Source of the DNA: Lama glama
Lineage: Eukaryota
Length of the DNA stretch: 64,000 bases
NCBI GenBank assembly: GCA_028534125.1
Contig: CM052832.1
Span: 10,914,001 to 10,978,000 of the forward strand
Direction of reading: 5' to 3'
Below are positions 25,831 to 37,774 of the stretch, one piece after another; position 1 is the first letter of the stretch; each line of letters begins with the position of its first letter. The notes under the pieces were generated by a model that was not told the origin of the DNA, ran no database searches, and saw only the letters and a list, made by a program, of their open reading frames with translations. The position numbers and the translations under genes are program-made.

Positions 25831-27929
25831 AGTATGGCTGCTGTCTGGTTAATTCTCTGATTTCACGTCTGCATGTCAATTAAATGTTTCCACATTCCTA
25901 TCCCACAGCTTGAGGAATAATATTAGTTTAATATATTAAGAGGAAAGTAATTAAATATTTGTTCTTGGATAATTGTATATAAATTGCATGACAATTGAGG
26001 TGCTGATGTAATTAGTCAATCTTAATTGGAGACCCTTTTACAATCAATGTTTAATTTACTAACAACTGTTTTGGCTTAAGAGCAAATTAAATGCTTGTCA
26101 CTGGCCTTCCACACCCATTACATGCAGAGCCAGCCCACTTCCTGGCTGGCTGCTGTGAAATCTTCTCTGCTGTCAGTTGGCTGGATGATCTCTAGGAACT
26201 CGGTTTTATTATCTGCAGAATGGGAGCCTTGGAAAGAACAGTACTGACAGGTAATGTGTATTGAGCAGCTACAATGAGATAGATACTCAACTCATAAGCA
26301 CACATGGGTAACTCATTATATGTGGGTAACTGATTACATGTAGTCTAAGCACACGTGGTAACTCGTGTGTGGGTAACTCATTCAGTCCCAACAACAACCC
26401 TTTAACTAGATGCTGTTTTTATTATCTCCCTTTTTTTAGAAAAGGAAACTGAAACACGGAATAACTTGCCCAAGGAGCAGAGGAAAAGAGACTTGGCGCC
26501 AGAGCCCGTCCTGTCATCAGGTAGGACCTATTATCTCTCATTACAATGTAGTCCTCCTCTTGTAGCGCAAAGGATCTACATGCCCCAGTCCTCCAGACAC
26601 CCACATCCTTCCATCCTGTTGTCATTATTTATCCCTCCCTGGCACAGAGCGTTTTGTATATTGAATCTTTGGCTTTGACCTTTTCTGACTTGTCACCAGC
26701 CCCAGTACTGTCCTGCCTCACCAGCTCCCACAGCCTCCCGCTCTTGGTCAGGATGGGCTAGGTTATGCTATGGTAACAGCCCCGAATCTAAATGGCTTAC
26801 AACAACAGAGGTTTACTTCTCACTCAGGTTTCATGTTCGTGTTCAGTGTGGGAATTTTCAACAAATGTTTTGCCCTGTTTTCTGGACTTCCAGCTGTTCA
26901 CTTGTGGCTCATCATAACCCCTGAAATCCAAAAAAATAGAGCAAAATGTTTCTTTACAGTTCCCAGCATATTGACATGATACATTATTCTCCTTCTCTCC
27001 TGGACTTCTTCCTTTTCTGCCTCCTCCCTGCCCCTGAATTCCTGGCTTCATTCTGCCAGGGCCCCACATAATGAAGGCTGAGAAAATCCCATCAGTCTTT
27101 TCTTTATCTTGTAAGGGCCACAGGGGTTCTTATCCCCTTAGGAGCAGACTCTGGGCTCTCCAAGATTTCAAGGGGGAGCATCTGTCAGGGTGATAAACAC
27201 CTCTCCCTTAATGGTAATGCTGGTCTCTCAGCGTAATTAGCTTGATCTACAGCAATGGATGCATCACCGCCACCTCCCTGCAGCCCAGAGTGTGGATGGG
27301 AAGGAATAAAGTGTAAAAAGGATGAAGGGGTCAGAGACCACTGCCCGCTGTTTCTCAGCTATTCCTCTCAATCCTAACCCCGGTCATGAATCATCGTGTT
27401 CCTCCTAACTTCCTTCTCATACAGTCAATGTGGTGCTTCCTTCCTATTCCCTTTGATCTTTATTCTGACCTTATACTCGCCCCTCATCCTCCCAGTTCCC
27501 TTTGTTCCAGTCCCAAGAATCCCCATCAGCCACCTCCGTTTTTTTCTTCCTGTGACCCTCTCCCTATCATTACTAGGGATGATTCTGGGGGCAGTTGACA
27601 GGGGACAGAGGACTTCTGTTCTTGCCCCAGCTTAGCCATGAACTTGTAGTATGATGCTGGCCATGGTGCCAGGGGCAATTTTAGGGTCTGTCTTGCCCAC
27701 TATATCTCAGCACCTCACCTGGCACGTAGTAGGTACTCAATCATTGCTTCTAGGATAAGTGAATGGCTGAATGAATGGATAAATGATGTGACCCCTAAAA
27801 GGCTCTCCAAGGACCCTCTCCACTCTGAGGTTCCATGATTCTATGTGATTCTATAAAATTCCCACTTCCAGGCTATCTTTTGGGACTGACAAGGCAGAGA
27901 TACCAACTCAAATAGCAGTAAATGTGCAA

Positions 27930-28340
27930 GTGATTTTATCCCTGATTGACAAACTAAATCTAGATTAATCTCTTGGACCAGATGGCACTCACCCGAGAGT
28001 AGTGAAGGAACTCAAGGGTGAAATTGGGGAATTGTTGCCCAAAATGTCTAAGCGCTCTCAGTACAAGGGACACAGTGCCAGAGAACTAGAGAGGGCGGCG
28101 GTGCCTCCACAAAGGACCCTAGAAACTTGAACAGGGATGCTGGCAGTAAAACAAGCAACTTATCCAAATCTCGAATACAGAACAGCAGCACCAGCAGAAG
28201 CGCATGTCCTCGGGGAAGGCTACTTGGTTCTGTAAGGGTAACTCGCTCCTGCAAAATCTTCTAGAATTACGTGTAGAGACACAATGGATAGTGGCAAAGG
28301 GGAGCCAGTGGAGGAAATGAATCTCGGCTCTCGGAATTAT
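27930..28340 (+). mobile_element. Ancient CR1/L3 LINE ORF2 (reverse transcriptase N-terminal) fossil
   Basis: The frame from 27942 reads LIDKLNLD*SLGPDGTHPRVVKELKGEIGELL. Later shifted frames give TVPEN*R, DPRN, GFCKGNSLLQNLLE and KGEPVEEMNL, collinear with CR1 motifs KSPGPDGIHPRVLKEL, VPEDWR, DPGNY, GF.KG.SC.TNLLEF and G.PVDVIYLDF. Confidence 0.85.
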
Positions 28341-28995
28341 ATGCTGAAATCTATAGAAAATGGAAAAAAACCCCGAATCATCCAAAATTGGCTGTTTTTG
28401 AAGCAGTTCTGATTTCAGATAGAAAACTGAATGGGCCCAATAACAATTTTTAATCATGAAAGTTGTTTCAACTTCTCAAAGATACTCTTGAAACGTTGAA
28501 CTTTACAACAACCTTGTAAAATGGTAGAGCATTTTTCATTGGTTGTCACTTGAGAAGTGACACAGAGAAAAATAAATGACTTGCCCAAGTCTTATCTTCC
28601 TTCACTTCTCTTCCCCACCATCCCTTGGATGAGGAACACTCCTCAGACATACTCACATCTCCATAAGCTTACTTGCCGTTTGAAACAGCCACGGCAGCAG
28701 AATGTGCCTCTGTCTTGTTGCCACCTTCCACATCTCACATGCGTACATCTCGTGTTGTGTGGAGGAACCTAATTTGCATCCAGAATTCTAGCTGCAAGGG
28801 CGTCTGGAAAAAGTAGTTTTAAGCTTTCTAGCCTTTACAGTAAAGGAAGCAAATACTAGAAGTGCAGGATGGATGCTGAGGGCCAGTTATCTGTAGGCAT
28901 CATACTTTTTAAAACAAAAACAAAAACAAAAACGGGATATTCCAAGAGGAAGAAAAGGTATTGTCAAAGGAGGGGCTTACCAAAGAGGATCGCAG

Positions 28996-29349
28996 TGCTA
29001 TAGGCTGAATGTTTGTGTCTCCCTAAAATTCCTGTTGAAACCTAACCCCCAAAGTGATACTATTAGGAAGTGGGAACCTTTGGGAGGTACCTAGATCATG
29101 AAGGTGGGGCCCTCATGAATGGCATTGGTGCTTTATATAAAAGAGACCCCAGACAGCTGTCTCCTCCCTTCCACCACGTGGGGGCACAAGGAAGAAGACC
29201 AGGAGGGGGGTTCTCACCAGACACTGAAACTGCCAGCAGCTTTATCTTGGATTTCCCAGACTCCAGAACTGTGAGAAATAAATCCTTGTTGTTCATTTGC
29301 CACCCAAGCTATGGTATGTTTGTAGTTGCAGCCCTGAGGGACTAAGACA
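28996..29349 (+). mobile_element. MaLR solo LTR (MLT1A-like)
   Basis: Runs from tgctataggctgaatgtttgtgtc through ccagaactgtgagaaataaat to actaagaca, with TG...CA ends. Confidence 0.92.
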
Positions 29350-30499
29350 CAGAAGTTTTAAGCATCCTGGCCCCCTGGAGGACTGTGCAGTGCCAAGGGC
29401 TCGGGCAAGGGCTGCTTTCTCTGTCCTCTCCTCACCTCCCTCGTGGGAGACATTGCCACTAGACCTTGTCCTATTGAGAAGTGTGGGAGGGTGTGGATTT
29501 CTTGTGACCAGGTCACCTATTATTCCTGCCCTGCAGGGGGCCAGGGAGAGAGCTGATAGGAGGGGGAGACAGGGGACAGGCAGTGACAGTGAGTCACTAT
29601 GATCATCCCTAACCCACCCACGTGGAGCTCTCTGCACCTCAGAGAGAAACAAATAAACACAAGGCACATACATTACTAAGTGTAATTATGTTGTTACTTA
29701 TAGGTTCAATTAAATACTCTGGACATTTTTATAACATAATTTGAGGTGTGATGCGTGCAGCAATGGCATTAACCTTTAATCACAGTTCTTTCCCTTCGAA
29801 ATGCAGTAATGACCCTATTAATTAGTAATGAAATGATTAAATAGGAATAGAAGGCATCAGATCATGATTCCTCTCACTAGGCCTTCTCCCTAGATTTAAA
29901 TGTGGCCTTTTGACCTTCCTCCCCAAAGAAAACACATCTCAGGATGTGGGTATGTGTCTTAGGGGAAGATGTTGAATTTTCTGCAGCCTCTGCTCTCCTG
30001 GAGGCACAGGGTAGAAAAATGGATAGGATGCTCACTGCATAATCAGGGCTGTGCAGTGTGCAGTCTTGGGTTGCTCACTTGCTCCTTGGGTTATTGGTAA
30101 TTGTCCCTTCTGGGTACCAGATTTGGGAACATGGGGCAATGTGAGTTATGCAGTTCTGAGCAGCACTAGTGCCTGGTTGAAACTGGCTCAGCCCTGATCA
30201 TTTCCTTCTACTCATTGCCTGCTCCCACCTCCCAAGACACTCCCGGAATCTCAATGGGCTTTTAGAGAACCCATTCACGGCCCATGTTCTGGGATGTCTG
30301 GGGCCCACATGCTGTGCTTCCACACCATCCAATCATCCCTCCACCTGCCCCTGTGGTCCCACTCAGGTTTACTGGCTCCCACTGCATATCAGGAGCCGTG
30401 GGAAACACTGCAGGGGTGAAGGCAAAGCTCACTGCTCTTGGGGATCTCTGTCAAACTCGGTCATGAACTGTGTTGCTGTAATTGTGCTCCTACAAGAAC

Positions 30500-30720
30500 T
30501 GTAGGATTGATAATAACTACAGTAGAGAGAAGAGCGTGGTCTAGGGGAAGCTCAGAGGAGGGGTACCTGACTCAGCCTGTGGTGTCATGGAAGGCTTCCT
30601 GGAGAAGGTGACATCCAAGCTGAGTCTTTTAGGATAAGTGAAGCCAACCAATAAAGAAGTAGGCAGGGGCAGGTATTCCAAGCATAGGATCATGAGCTAG
30701 GGCACAGGGGTATAACACTG
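30500..30720 (-). mobile_element. L2 fragment
   Basis: ggaaggcttcctggagaaggtgacatccaagctgag. Confidence 0.75.
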
Positions 30721-31086
30721 CTCCTTGTTGCCCCTCTGTATCTTTAATTCAATAGAATATGCCATATACTCACCTGTATTCATGGAAATCATCCCAGATT
30801 CTGCTGGCTTGGCCCCTCATCCCAGTCCCCAACTCTTGGGTTTGGCTGATTTTGCATCTCACTCTGGCACCTGTGGACTTGTTGCTTATATTAGGCTCTC
30901 TGGTCAGGAACTCATGGTTACCCTCAGTGTTCCCACCAGGGTTCCTGACGCCACCTTTCTGCCCTTGGCTTCCTTGTATGGTACACCTTCCCCAGCCCTT
31001 CTCCCTCTGAGCTCCATTATCAGTTTGAGCCCACCAGGTAGCAGTTCTGTCCAGTTTGAAGAGACAATAGGCCCACGGCAGAGGAT

Positions 31087-31100
31087 GTGTACGTACACGT

Positions 31101-31132
<32 letters not shown>

Positions 31133-31135
31133 ATA
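31087..31135. repeat. (CA)n microsatellite
   Basis: Read directly. Confidence 0.95.
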
Positions 31136-31799
31136 TGGTGTGTTCTGAGCCTATCCAACCACACAGCTGCCCTTGCCCTCACCCTACAGCTACCACGAAT
31201 CCTTGGCCCAAAATCTCTCTGGCATGTAATTTCCTTTCACTCCTTCAGAACTGATCAGACTTTTGGAGTGGTCTGGTTTTAGTTAAAATACAAGCTGCTT
31301 TAACTGAGAGACCAAATAATAATAATGGCTCAAACAACACAGAAGTTTATTCTCCCATGTAGGAGTCTCAGTAAGCAGTCTAGGACTAACAAGGCAGCTC
31401 TGTAAGAGAGATAGACTTTGAATACACAAACATTGAAACTCCAGGACTTCTCAATGTTTAGAAAAAAGGAAGAAATGTTTGAAATAGGCACCCTCTTGGA
31501 CTCTAAAATACATGATTTGCTCACAGCATTTTATTTACTTATAAAACAAGTACTTGCGAGGTGGCACACTGTTCTGGGTTCAGGGAATGCTGCCTGGAGT
31601 CAGGTAGACATTCCTTGACCTTGCATCAGTTCGTCCTTCTGGGGAGCCCTTGAATGGACTTAAGTGGCTGGGAGGGTTAGCACTCTTTTCAAAATGTCAC
31701 TCAGGTTTGAATGAGGAGAAAGATTAAAAGGGGGCACAACAAGACTTTGCAAAGCTTTGGGCAAGGCACAGTTGTTCCAGGTAGCTTCTTTGCTTCTCC

Positions 31800-32129
31800 T
31801 GATGCACTCTCAGGCCTGGGCTTCTATCAGTGGTCCTGGTCTGTGCCCTGGGAAACAGACCTGGGCTTCCATCAATGGGCTTCCATCTCCTCTGGCTTCC
31901 ATTTGGGTTTGGTCAAGAAGGAGCACTGGCAGGAGATAGGGGGAGGAAGGAGAGTGTGGTGGGGGTATTTATCCCTTGTCCCAGTTGATGCAGGCAGGCT
32001 GTGTCCCTTGTTTCTTTATTGTAAAGCCATATCTCAGGACCACAGTTTTGTAAATTGTCCCCTTGTTAATCTCCCAACAAATTACCCAAGTTGAGTGTGA
32101 CATCGTGTTCTGCCAGGATATGACTGACA
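31800..32129 (+). mobile_element. LTR33-like ERVL LTR
   Basis: cctctggcttccatttgggtttggtcaa...cactggcaggagat...ggggtatttat...ttgagtgtgacatc...tgactgaca. Confidence 0.7.
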
Positions 32130-32282
32130 GTGATGGCGGCTTGCACTAAAGTGCCGACTGTGGACTTGGAGAGAAGTGGATGGATTTAAGGGATATATGG
32201 GGAGTGGTGCTTGTTACTTCTGCTCCTCAATTGGCTTCTACTGTCATTTAATCTTTTTATAAACAGCAGAACTTGGTTCCTT

Positions 32283-32735
32283 TGTCAGTTTGGTCCTCTA
32301 GGAAACAGATGCCAAGATAGAAGCACAAGAGACTTCTTGGGACAAACTCTTGTGAAAGATAAGGGGAAACAGGAGAGGGAGCAAGAGCATATAGGGGAGC
32401 CTTCAGGCTGTGATGCAGGTGTGACCCCTGAGAAAGGGGAGGGGAAGGAAGGACATGGGTAGGAAGGTCCCAGACTGGAATACAGCTCTGGGAAACTCTT
32501 GGCCAGGCTTTGTGGAGCCCTTAAGCCCCCCTGTGAAAGAAGTCCCACACTGGGCAGAAATGGCCCAGGTCCAGTACCCTCACCATGCTCTGTCATGTGC
32601 TGAAAGCAGCCTGGGGAAGACTGTGGCCTCTGCATGAACCTTCTCTTAGATTCCAAAGGGTGATTCTTGCAGCAGGTTCTAGAACTCAAAAGGAGATTTG
32701 AGCGGCCCCACCAAGACTGCCACAGTTATCCAACT
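32283..32735 (-). mobile_element. LTR40-like ERVL LTR
   Basis: gaaacagatgccaagat...gtgaaagataaggggaa...gccttcaggctgtgatgcaggtgtgaccc. Confidence 0.65.
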
Positions 32736-33223
32736 AGACATACGCTCCTTGGGGGACTGAAACAGTACTGGACGCTCAGTAAGCCCTGGAATGAACTCAG
32801 GAATGATGCCCCCTGTATACGTATGGGCAGATTTAAGCAAGGGCATGTTCTGTAAAAACCAGCTTGTGGAAGTGGGACTTTCAGGCCTGAGTTTCATTTA
32901 AAAACCCTGCCACAACTAGATTGAAGCTGGCTGAAGCTGTTTTAATTCTCCCGAGACCCTAGCACCAGCTTATAAGGACATCTTCAAGGGCTGAGGGTAA
33001 CCCTCTGGAGAGCAGACCTTGTATTTCCCAAAGAAGGACAGTCGTACATTTTCCTTGGTGGCAGTGGAGATCAGACAATCCTAGGCTTAAATTTCAGTTC
33101 TGCTACTGACTAAGGGCTGTGAGCCCTTAGGCAAAACGAACCTCTCCACTTCCTCATTATACCAATACTTAATTGAGCACCTACTGTATGTCAGACCGTA
33201 GTTCATTCCAGGAGTGTTATATA

Positions 33224-33578
33224 TGCTATGGGCTGAATATTTGTGTCCCACCAAAATCCATATGTTGAAGCCTAATCTCCAGAGTGTTGGTGTTTGGATG
33301 TGGAGCCTTTGGGCAATGATTAGGTCATGAGAGTGGAGCCCTCATGACTGGGATTAGTGCCCTTTTCACAAAGGTGCAGATGGATCCTCACTTCTTCCAC
33401 CATGTGAGGACACAGTGAAAAGGCAGCTGCCTAGGGACCAGAAAGCAGGCTCTCACCAGATAACGAATCTTCCTGATCTTGGATTTTCCAGCCTTTAGAA
33501 CTGTGGAGAAATAAATTTCTGTTGTTGTAAGGTATAATTGATGGTTATTTGTTACAGTAGCCTGAACAGACCAAGACA
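33224..33578 (+). mobile_element. MaLR solo LTR (MLT1A-like) inserted into a minus-strand MIR
   Basis: Runs from tgctatgggctgaatatttgtgtccc to gaccaagaca; MIR halves lie at about 33160-33223 and 33580-33720. Confidence 0.9.
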
Positions 33579-34904
33579 CACATTTTATATAGTTAACCCT
33601 CATCTTATAGATGAGGAAGCAGGCTCAGAGAGGGTTAGTGACTTGCCAAAAGTCACACAGGACAAAAAGGGTGGGATCAGGAATCAGACCTAAGTCTGTT
33701 TGATGACAAAGCCCATTCTCCATACTCCCCATTGTCTCCAGATAATTCAACAGCAGAACATCCGAATCTAAGACTGCGTGCCTCTGTGTCGGTACCCACT
33801 ATCACTCTCCTAACCTGTGGACTGAAGGTTTTCTCTCTTCATCTTTAAAAGTGTTCCAGGCACATGGTGGGGACACAGTGAATGCTGCTCCCCTGTCCTT
33901 TGCTTGCTGCTTTCCACTCCTCCTCTCCCTGTTCCACTTACCTACTTGCAAAAATCTTCATTTCTTTTCCCCCTCATCCTGCCAGTTTCCCTAACTCCCT
34001 CAGCTCCTCCAATTTCTCCTGTCTCCTCCCCCCACACACCCTCTCCTGGCTCCTCCTCTGCCCTCTGCCTTGCTGGGCAGTGCTCTTCAGACATCTCATT
34101 AAAGTAATTGTTGACCTGAATTCCTATGCTAGTGCATCTATAATTATTCACCACAGGAAACTCTGGGGGGATTCAAAACAGAACCTTAATCTCTTCCACA
34201 TAATTCAAAAGCAACTCCCAAGAAAGCAGTTTAATAGTCCGTCTCAATGAACAGAATGGTGCTCGGCCATCTGTGGGAGACGTTCCCAACCCACCACTGC
34301 CCACCTCCCTGGTCTCTGTGCTGAGACATCAAAGGTCCCTTCAAAACGAGTAAGGCTTTGGGGTTTAATTGAATTAATTAACTGGATGTGAAGATAGCTG
34401 GTGAATTTTGTGAAAAAGGTTCCCTTGTCCTTTCCCTCTCTCCTCTGAGCTGGAGGACCCCATCAGGCCTTGGAAACTCAGTTTGTCTCCACCCCAGTGT
34501 AGAGGTCAGATCTGTTCACCAGCCCAGGGCTGTGTGTGATTGTGGATGTTGTACTGTGTTATCAGCAAGGCCTGAGACACCCCCCACCCCTATTTCTCTG
34601 CGTCTACTTTCTTTGTACCAATCTCAAGTCCTTTTCCCTCTCCCTCTTCCCTGAAATGCCCACCACAAGGAGGCTTCCCTTCGTGGATGCTGGGGGCTAG
34701 GATTGCCCCATCCTCAGAATGAGTTCCTGTGTGGGTGCCAGCCACCCCATGGGCAAAGGACTTTTTCTGGGGCCCACTTGGAAGAGGACTTGGCTGGGTA
34801 ACCTCTTGGGCATGTCTCCCAACCCTGGGGCTCGATGCTACTTCACTATTGCTTTTCTAAAACCCCATCTGTCCTTCCAGTGAGATTAGCTCATGTATAG
34901 TCTA

Positions 34905-35218
34905 CAACAGTGCTTCTCGAACTTGAGCAGGCACCAAGATCTCCTGGAATTCTCTTTAAAACAAGTTTCTGATTCTGAGGGAGGGCCCAAGAATTTGCAT
35001 TTCTGAAAAGCTCCCTGGTGGTGATGATGCTGTTGGATACAAGGTCTTTGACCTTGTCATTCAAAGACTGTTCGCAGTATCAGCAGCATGAACCTCACCT
35101 GGGAATGTTTGAAAATGCAGACTCTCAGACCCCAGCCCAGGCCTACTGAATCAGGACCTACATTTTAACAAGGTCCCCAGGGGATCTGTGTGCAGAGTGA
35201 TGTGGGAGAAGCACTGGT
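34905..35218. mobile_element. Two adjacent MER5-family hAT MITEs
   Basis: cagtgcttctcgaactt...gggcccaagaatttgcatttct and aaaatgcagactctcagaccccagcccaggcctactgaatcag...gagaagcactg. Confidence 0.8.
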
Positions 35219-36287
35219 TTCAAGGAGTGCTCTCAAGGGTCCAGGTAAGCGTGGAGTTGGGAGCAGGTGGAGAGGGATGACTGTCCCCATCCTGCCAGGC
35301 ATATGATGAGAAACCACTGTCTTCAGAACCGCCTCACCCCCCAGCCCCCTCACACACACTTATACCCCCTACAGCCACCACCAGTGAAAACTACTGTATT
35401 GCTCATCTGCCAAGGCCCCAGCTCAGGGATGGGTATTTTCCCAGGATGTTTCATAAGGGGAGAAGACTCTGGTTTTAGGCTTACTGTTAGCACTTCTGTT
35501 CCTCCTCAGATACCCACCTGCCATGGCTGCCCTAGTCCCATAGTCACTTGTCAGTTCCTCCTTGGGGAGGGAATTAGGCAGCCATTATGCCCCTTTCACT
35601 TCCAGAAAGTAATCAGAGACCAATAAGATTATTTTGTCTTATTGTCATTATACAATGACAGCCCTCATGATGAAAAGTCATTATACATCACAGACAAAAT
35701 TAATCTTTTATAATTTATATTATTTCTCTGCAAATGGATGGGGAGCCATCTTCTCCAATAACAAGACTATGAACACATCATCACTGTCCCCACCCTGAGC
35801 CTCACAAGTCCCTCGTGTGCTCAGAGCTCTGACTCTAACAGGAGTATGTGGACCAAGTGGAGAAGGGCATGGGTGTCCCCACAGTGGGTTAGGAGCCATG
35901 CAACACCCCCATAGCTTTGCAGCAATTCTCAACACGCATCTGTTGCCTAGGCTTTGGTCTCCCTCTGTGTTGAATTTACTTTTTTCCCAGTTAGAACAAG
36001 GGTATGATACATAGTTCAATAAGGTTTAGCTGTTATGATTTAGCCAATAATATTATATGGAAAATAATAATAATAACTTAGTACTTACAATGCACCAGTC
36101 ACAATTCTAAGTGTCTTCCATGTATTCGCTGATTTAAACCTCACAATAATCCTGGGAGGTGAGTAATATTATCATTATAATCATCCCCATTTTACCTATA
36201 AAGAAACTGAAGCCTAAAGAGATCACATAACTTGTACAAAGTCACATAAGTTCACAGGCTAGTAAGCCATAGATCCAGGATATGAAC

Positions 36288-36903
36288 TGTGGACAAAAAT
36301 AATCAATAAACGGGGGGAAGGAAATAGCTCAGTGGTGGAGTGCATGCTGAGCGTGCACGAGGTCTTGGGTTCAATCCCCAGTACCACCATTAAATAAATA
36401 ATCAATAAACAATAATAAGAATAGAAAAGAGTTTTACTTGAGACAAGCTGAGGACTAGCCCGGAAGCCTACTTTTCAGATTCCTTTGAGGTGCTGCTCCT
36501 CCATAAGAAGCATGGCTTCTAGCATAGTTTTACATCTTGCTAGAACAAAGAAACATTAACAAATCAGGGATACATTTCTTCAAGGTTTAAAAAAAAAAAA
36601 AAGAACAGACCAGCATGTACATAGAGGGTCAGTATGGCCTTGGCACCTGGGAAGGGAGTCTTATCATCAAGGGAGGAGCAGCATTAGCATCCCAGGAAGA
36701 GAGACAGTTAATCTTTATTTGGAACATGGGCATTCTTTACTTCCGATCAGTGTGCCCTTTTCTTTAATAATTAAAGCAGATGTACACTGTATGTTTGATA
36801 GGCCACAAATAAGCTATTTTAGTTAGCATAAAATCCAAACTAACTTGTGTATAAGCCAGAGTAACTTCCCATCATCTCAATATGTGAAAATGTTTTTTTA
36901 TCA
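36288..36903 (-). mobile_element. ERV1-type solo LTR with a 4-bp TSD (GAAC)
   Basis: TG...CA termini flanked by gaac at 36284-36287 and 36904-36907. Confidence 0.8.
36312..36395 (+). mobile_element. tRNA-derived SINE (camelid vic-1 type)
   Basis: A box tagctcagtgg, B box ggttcaatccc, short A-rich tail, and a 15-bp TSD aaataatcaataaac at 36297-36311 and 36396-36410. Confidence 0.9.
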
Positions 36904-37364
36904 GAACCCAGAATGTGCATGTTTAATGACCACACTATACCACCTCCCAAATTCTCAAAGTATATTCATAGCTGTGTCAGGTAGGACTTGAACTCAAAAA
37001 CTGTGGATAAGGGAGAGGAGACCTAATTCTTGCCCTGAAGTCTCTTCCCTTTCTCACTCTGGTAATTTTTGCTCTGCCTGATCTTTCAGGCCAGCTTTAT
37101 AAAGTTGGAACTGTTTCTAGAGCCCAAGGAAGTCCAGAACTTTCTCTCATGTCCCCCTAGACCCAACTTGAAGGCTATAGAGAAAACATTGAAGGAGGCA
37201 GAATGTGCCTGATTTCTTTGCAGCCATTTCCTCTTTTTCCTTCTTTCAATAATTCATTTAAGAATGTACCACATTCTTGGCACAGATTTGAGTCATTCTC
37301 ACCCTTGCAGTGATGTAGGCAAGTGTGACAGGAACTGGATACAGGTAAATACATAGAGTATGTG

Positions 37365-37774
37365 TGTGAAGGAAAAGCCCAGCTGGGCTAACTAGCTAAG
37401 TCATAAATCTAAGTGTGGTAAGTGTCGGTTTACTGATCTAAGTTCTGCTGGGCTAACTCGTAAATCTGAAGTTTAGTGTCAGTTTACTGGGCTAACAAGC
37501 TAACTCGTAAATCCAAGCTCAACAAGTGTCAGTAACGTGATCTGTTCCAAATTGATAAGCTCCAGTGTACTGATTCCTTGCTTTTTGTTGTTTGAGCCTT
37601 ATTGGCTAATAGCCCCATACTTGTAATTAACCCTATAAAACCTCATGTGCACGTCTTGGAGGTGCTCAGAGCTTCGGAGCAGAAGCCCCTCTGAGCCCGC
37701 TGGCGTAATAAATCTGAGTACTCCAACCCTCCAAGTGGTGCTTGTTTCTTGCCTGGCCTGTCATTGCCATAACA
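37365..37774 (+). mobile_element. Complete 410-bp ERV1-type solo LTR with a 4-bp TSD (TGTG)
   Basis: TGT...ACA ends; tgtg at 37361-37364 and 37775-37778; reverse CCAAT (ATTGG, 37601), TATAAAA (37634) and AATAAA (37707); repetitive U3. Confidence 0.93.

Larger units (their letters stand above)
36061..36945 (-). mobile_element. MIR hosting a nested LTR and SINE
   Basis: MIR core atccccattttacctataaagaaactgaagc up to ...tatgaac (36287), resuming ccag... after 36907. Confidence 0.8.

Noticed and set aside
30725..31282. Longest ORF in the track (185 aa)
   Set aside because: Non-ATG start, runs through a (CA)n microsatellite and shows no recognisable domain.
32140..32165. AAAGTGC seed suggesting a miR-290/371-type miRNA
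   Set aside because: No convincing precursor hairpin or cluster; it lies in L2-like sequence next to an LTR.
36312..36390. tRNA gene
   Set aside because: Has A and B boxes but also a G-rich leader, an A-rich tail and a 15-bp TSD, so it is a SINE.
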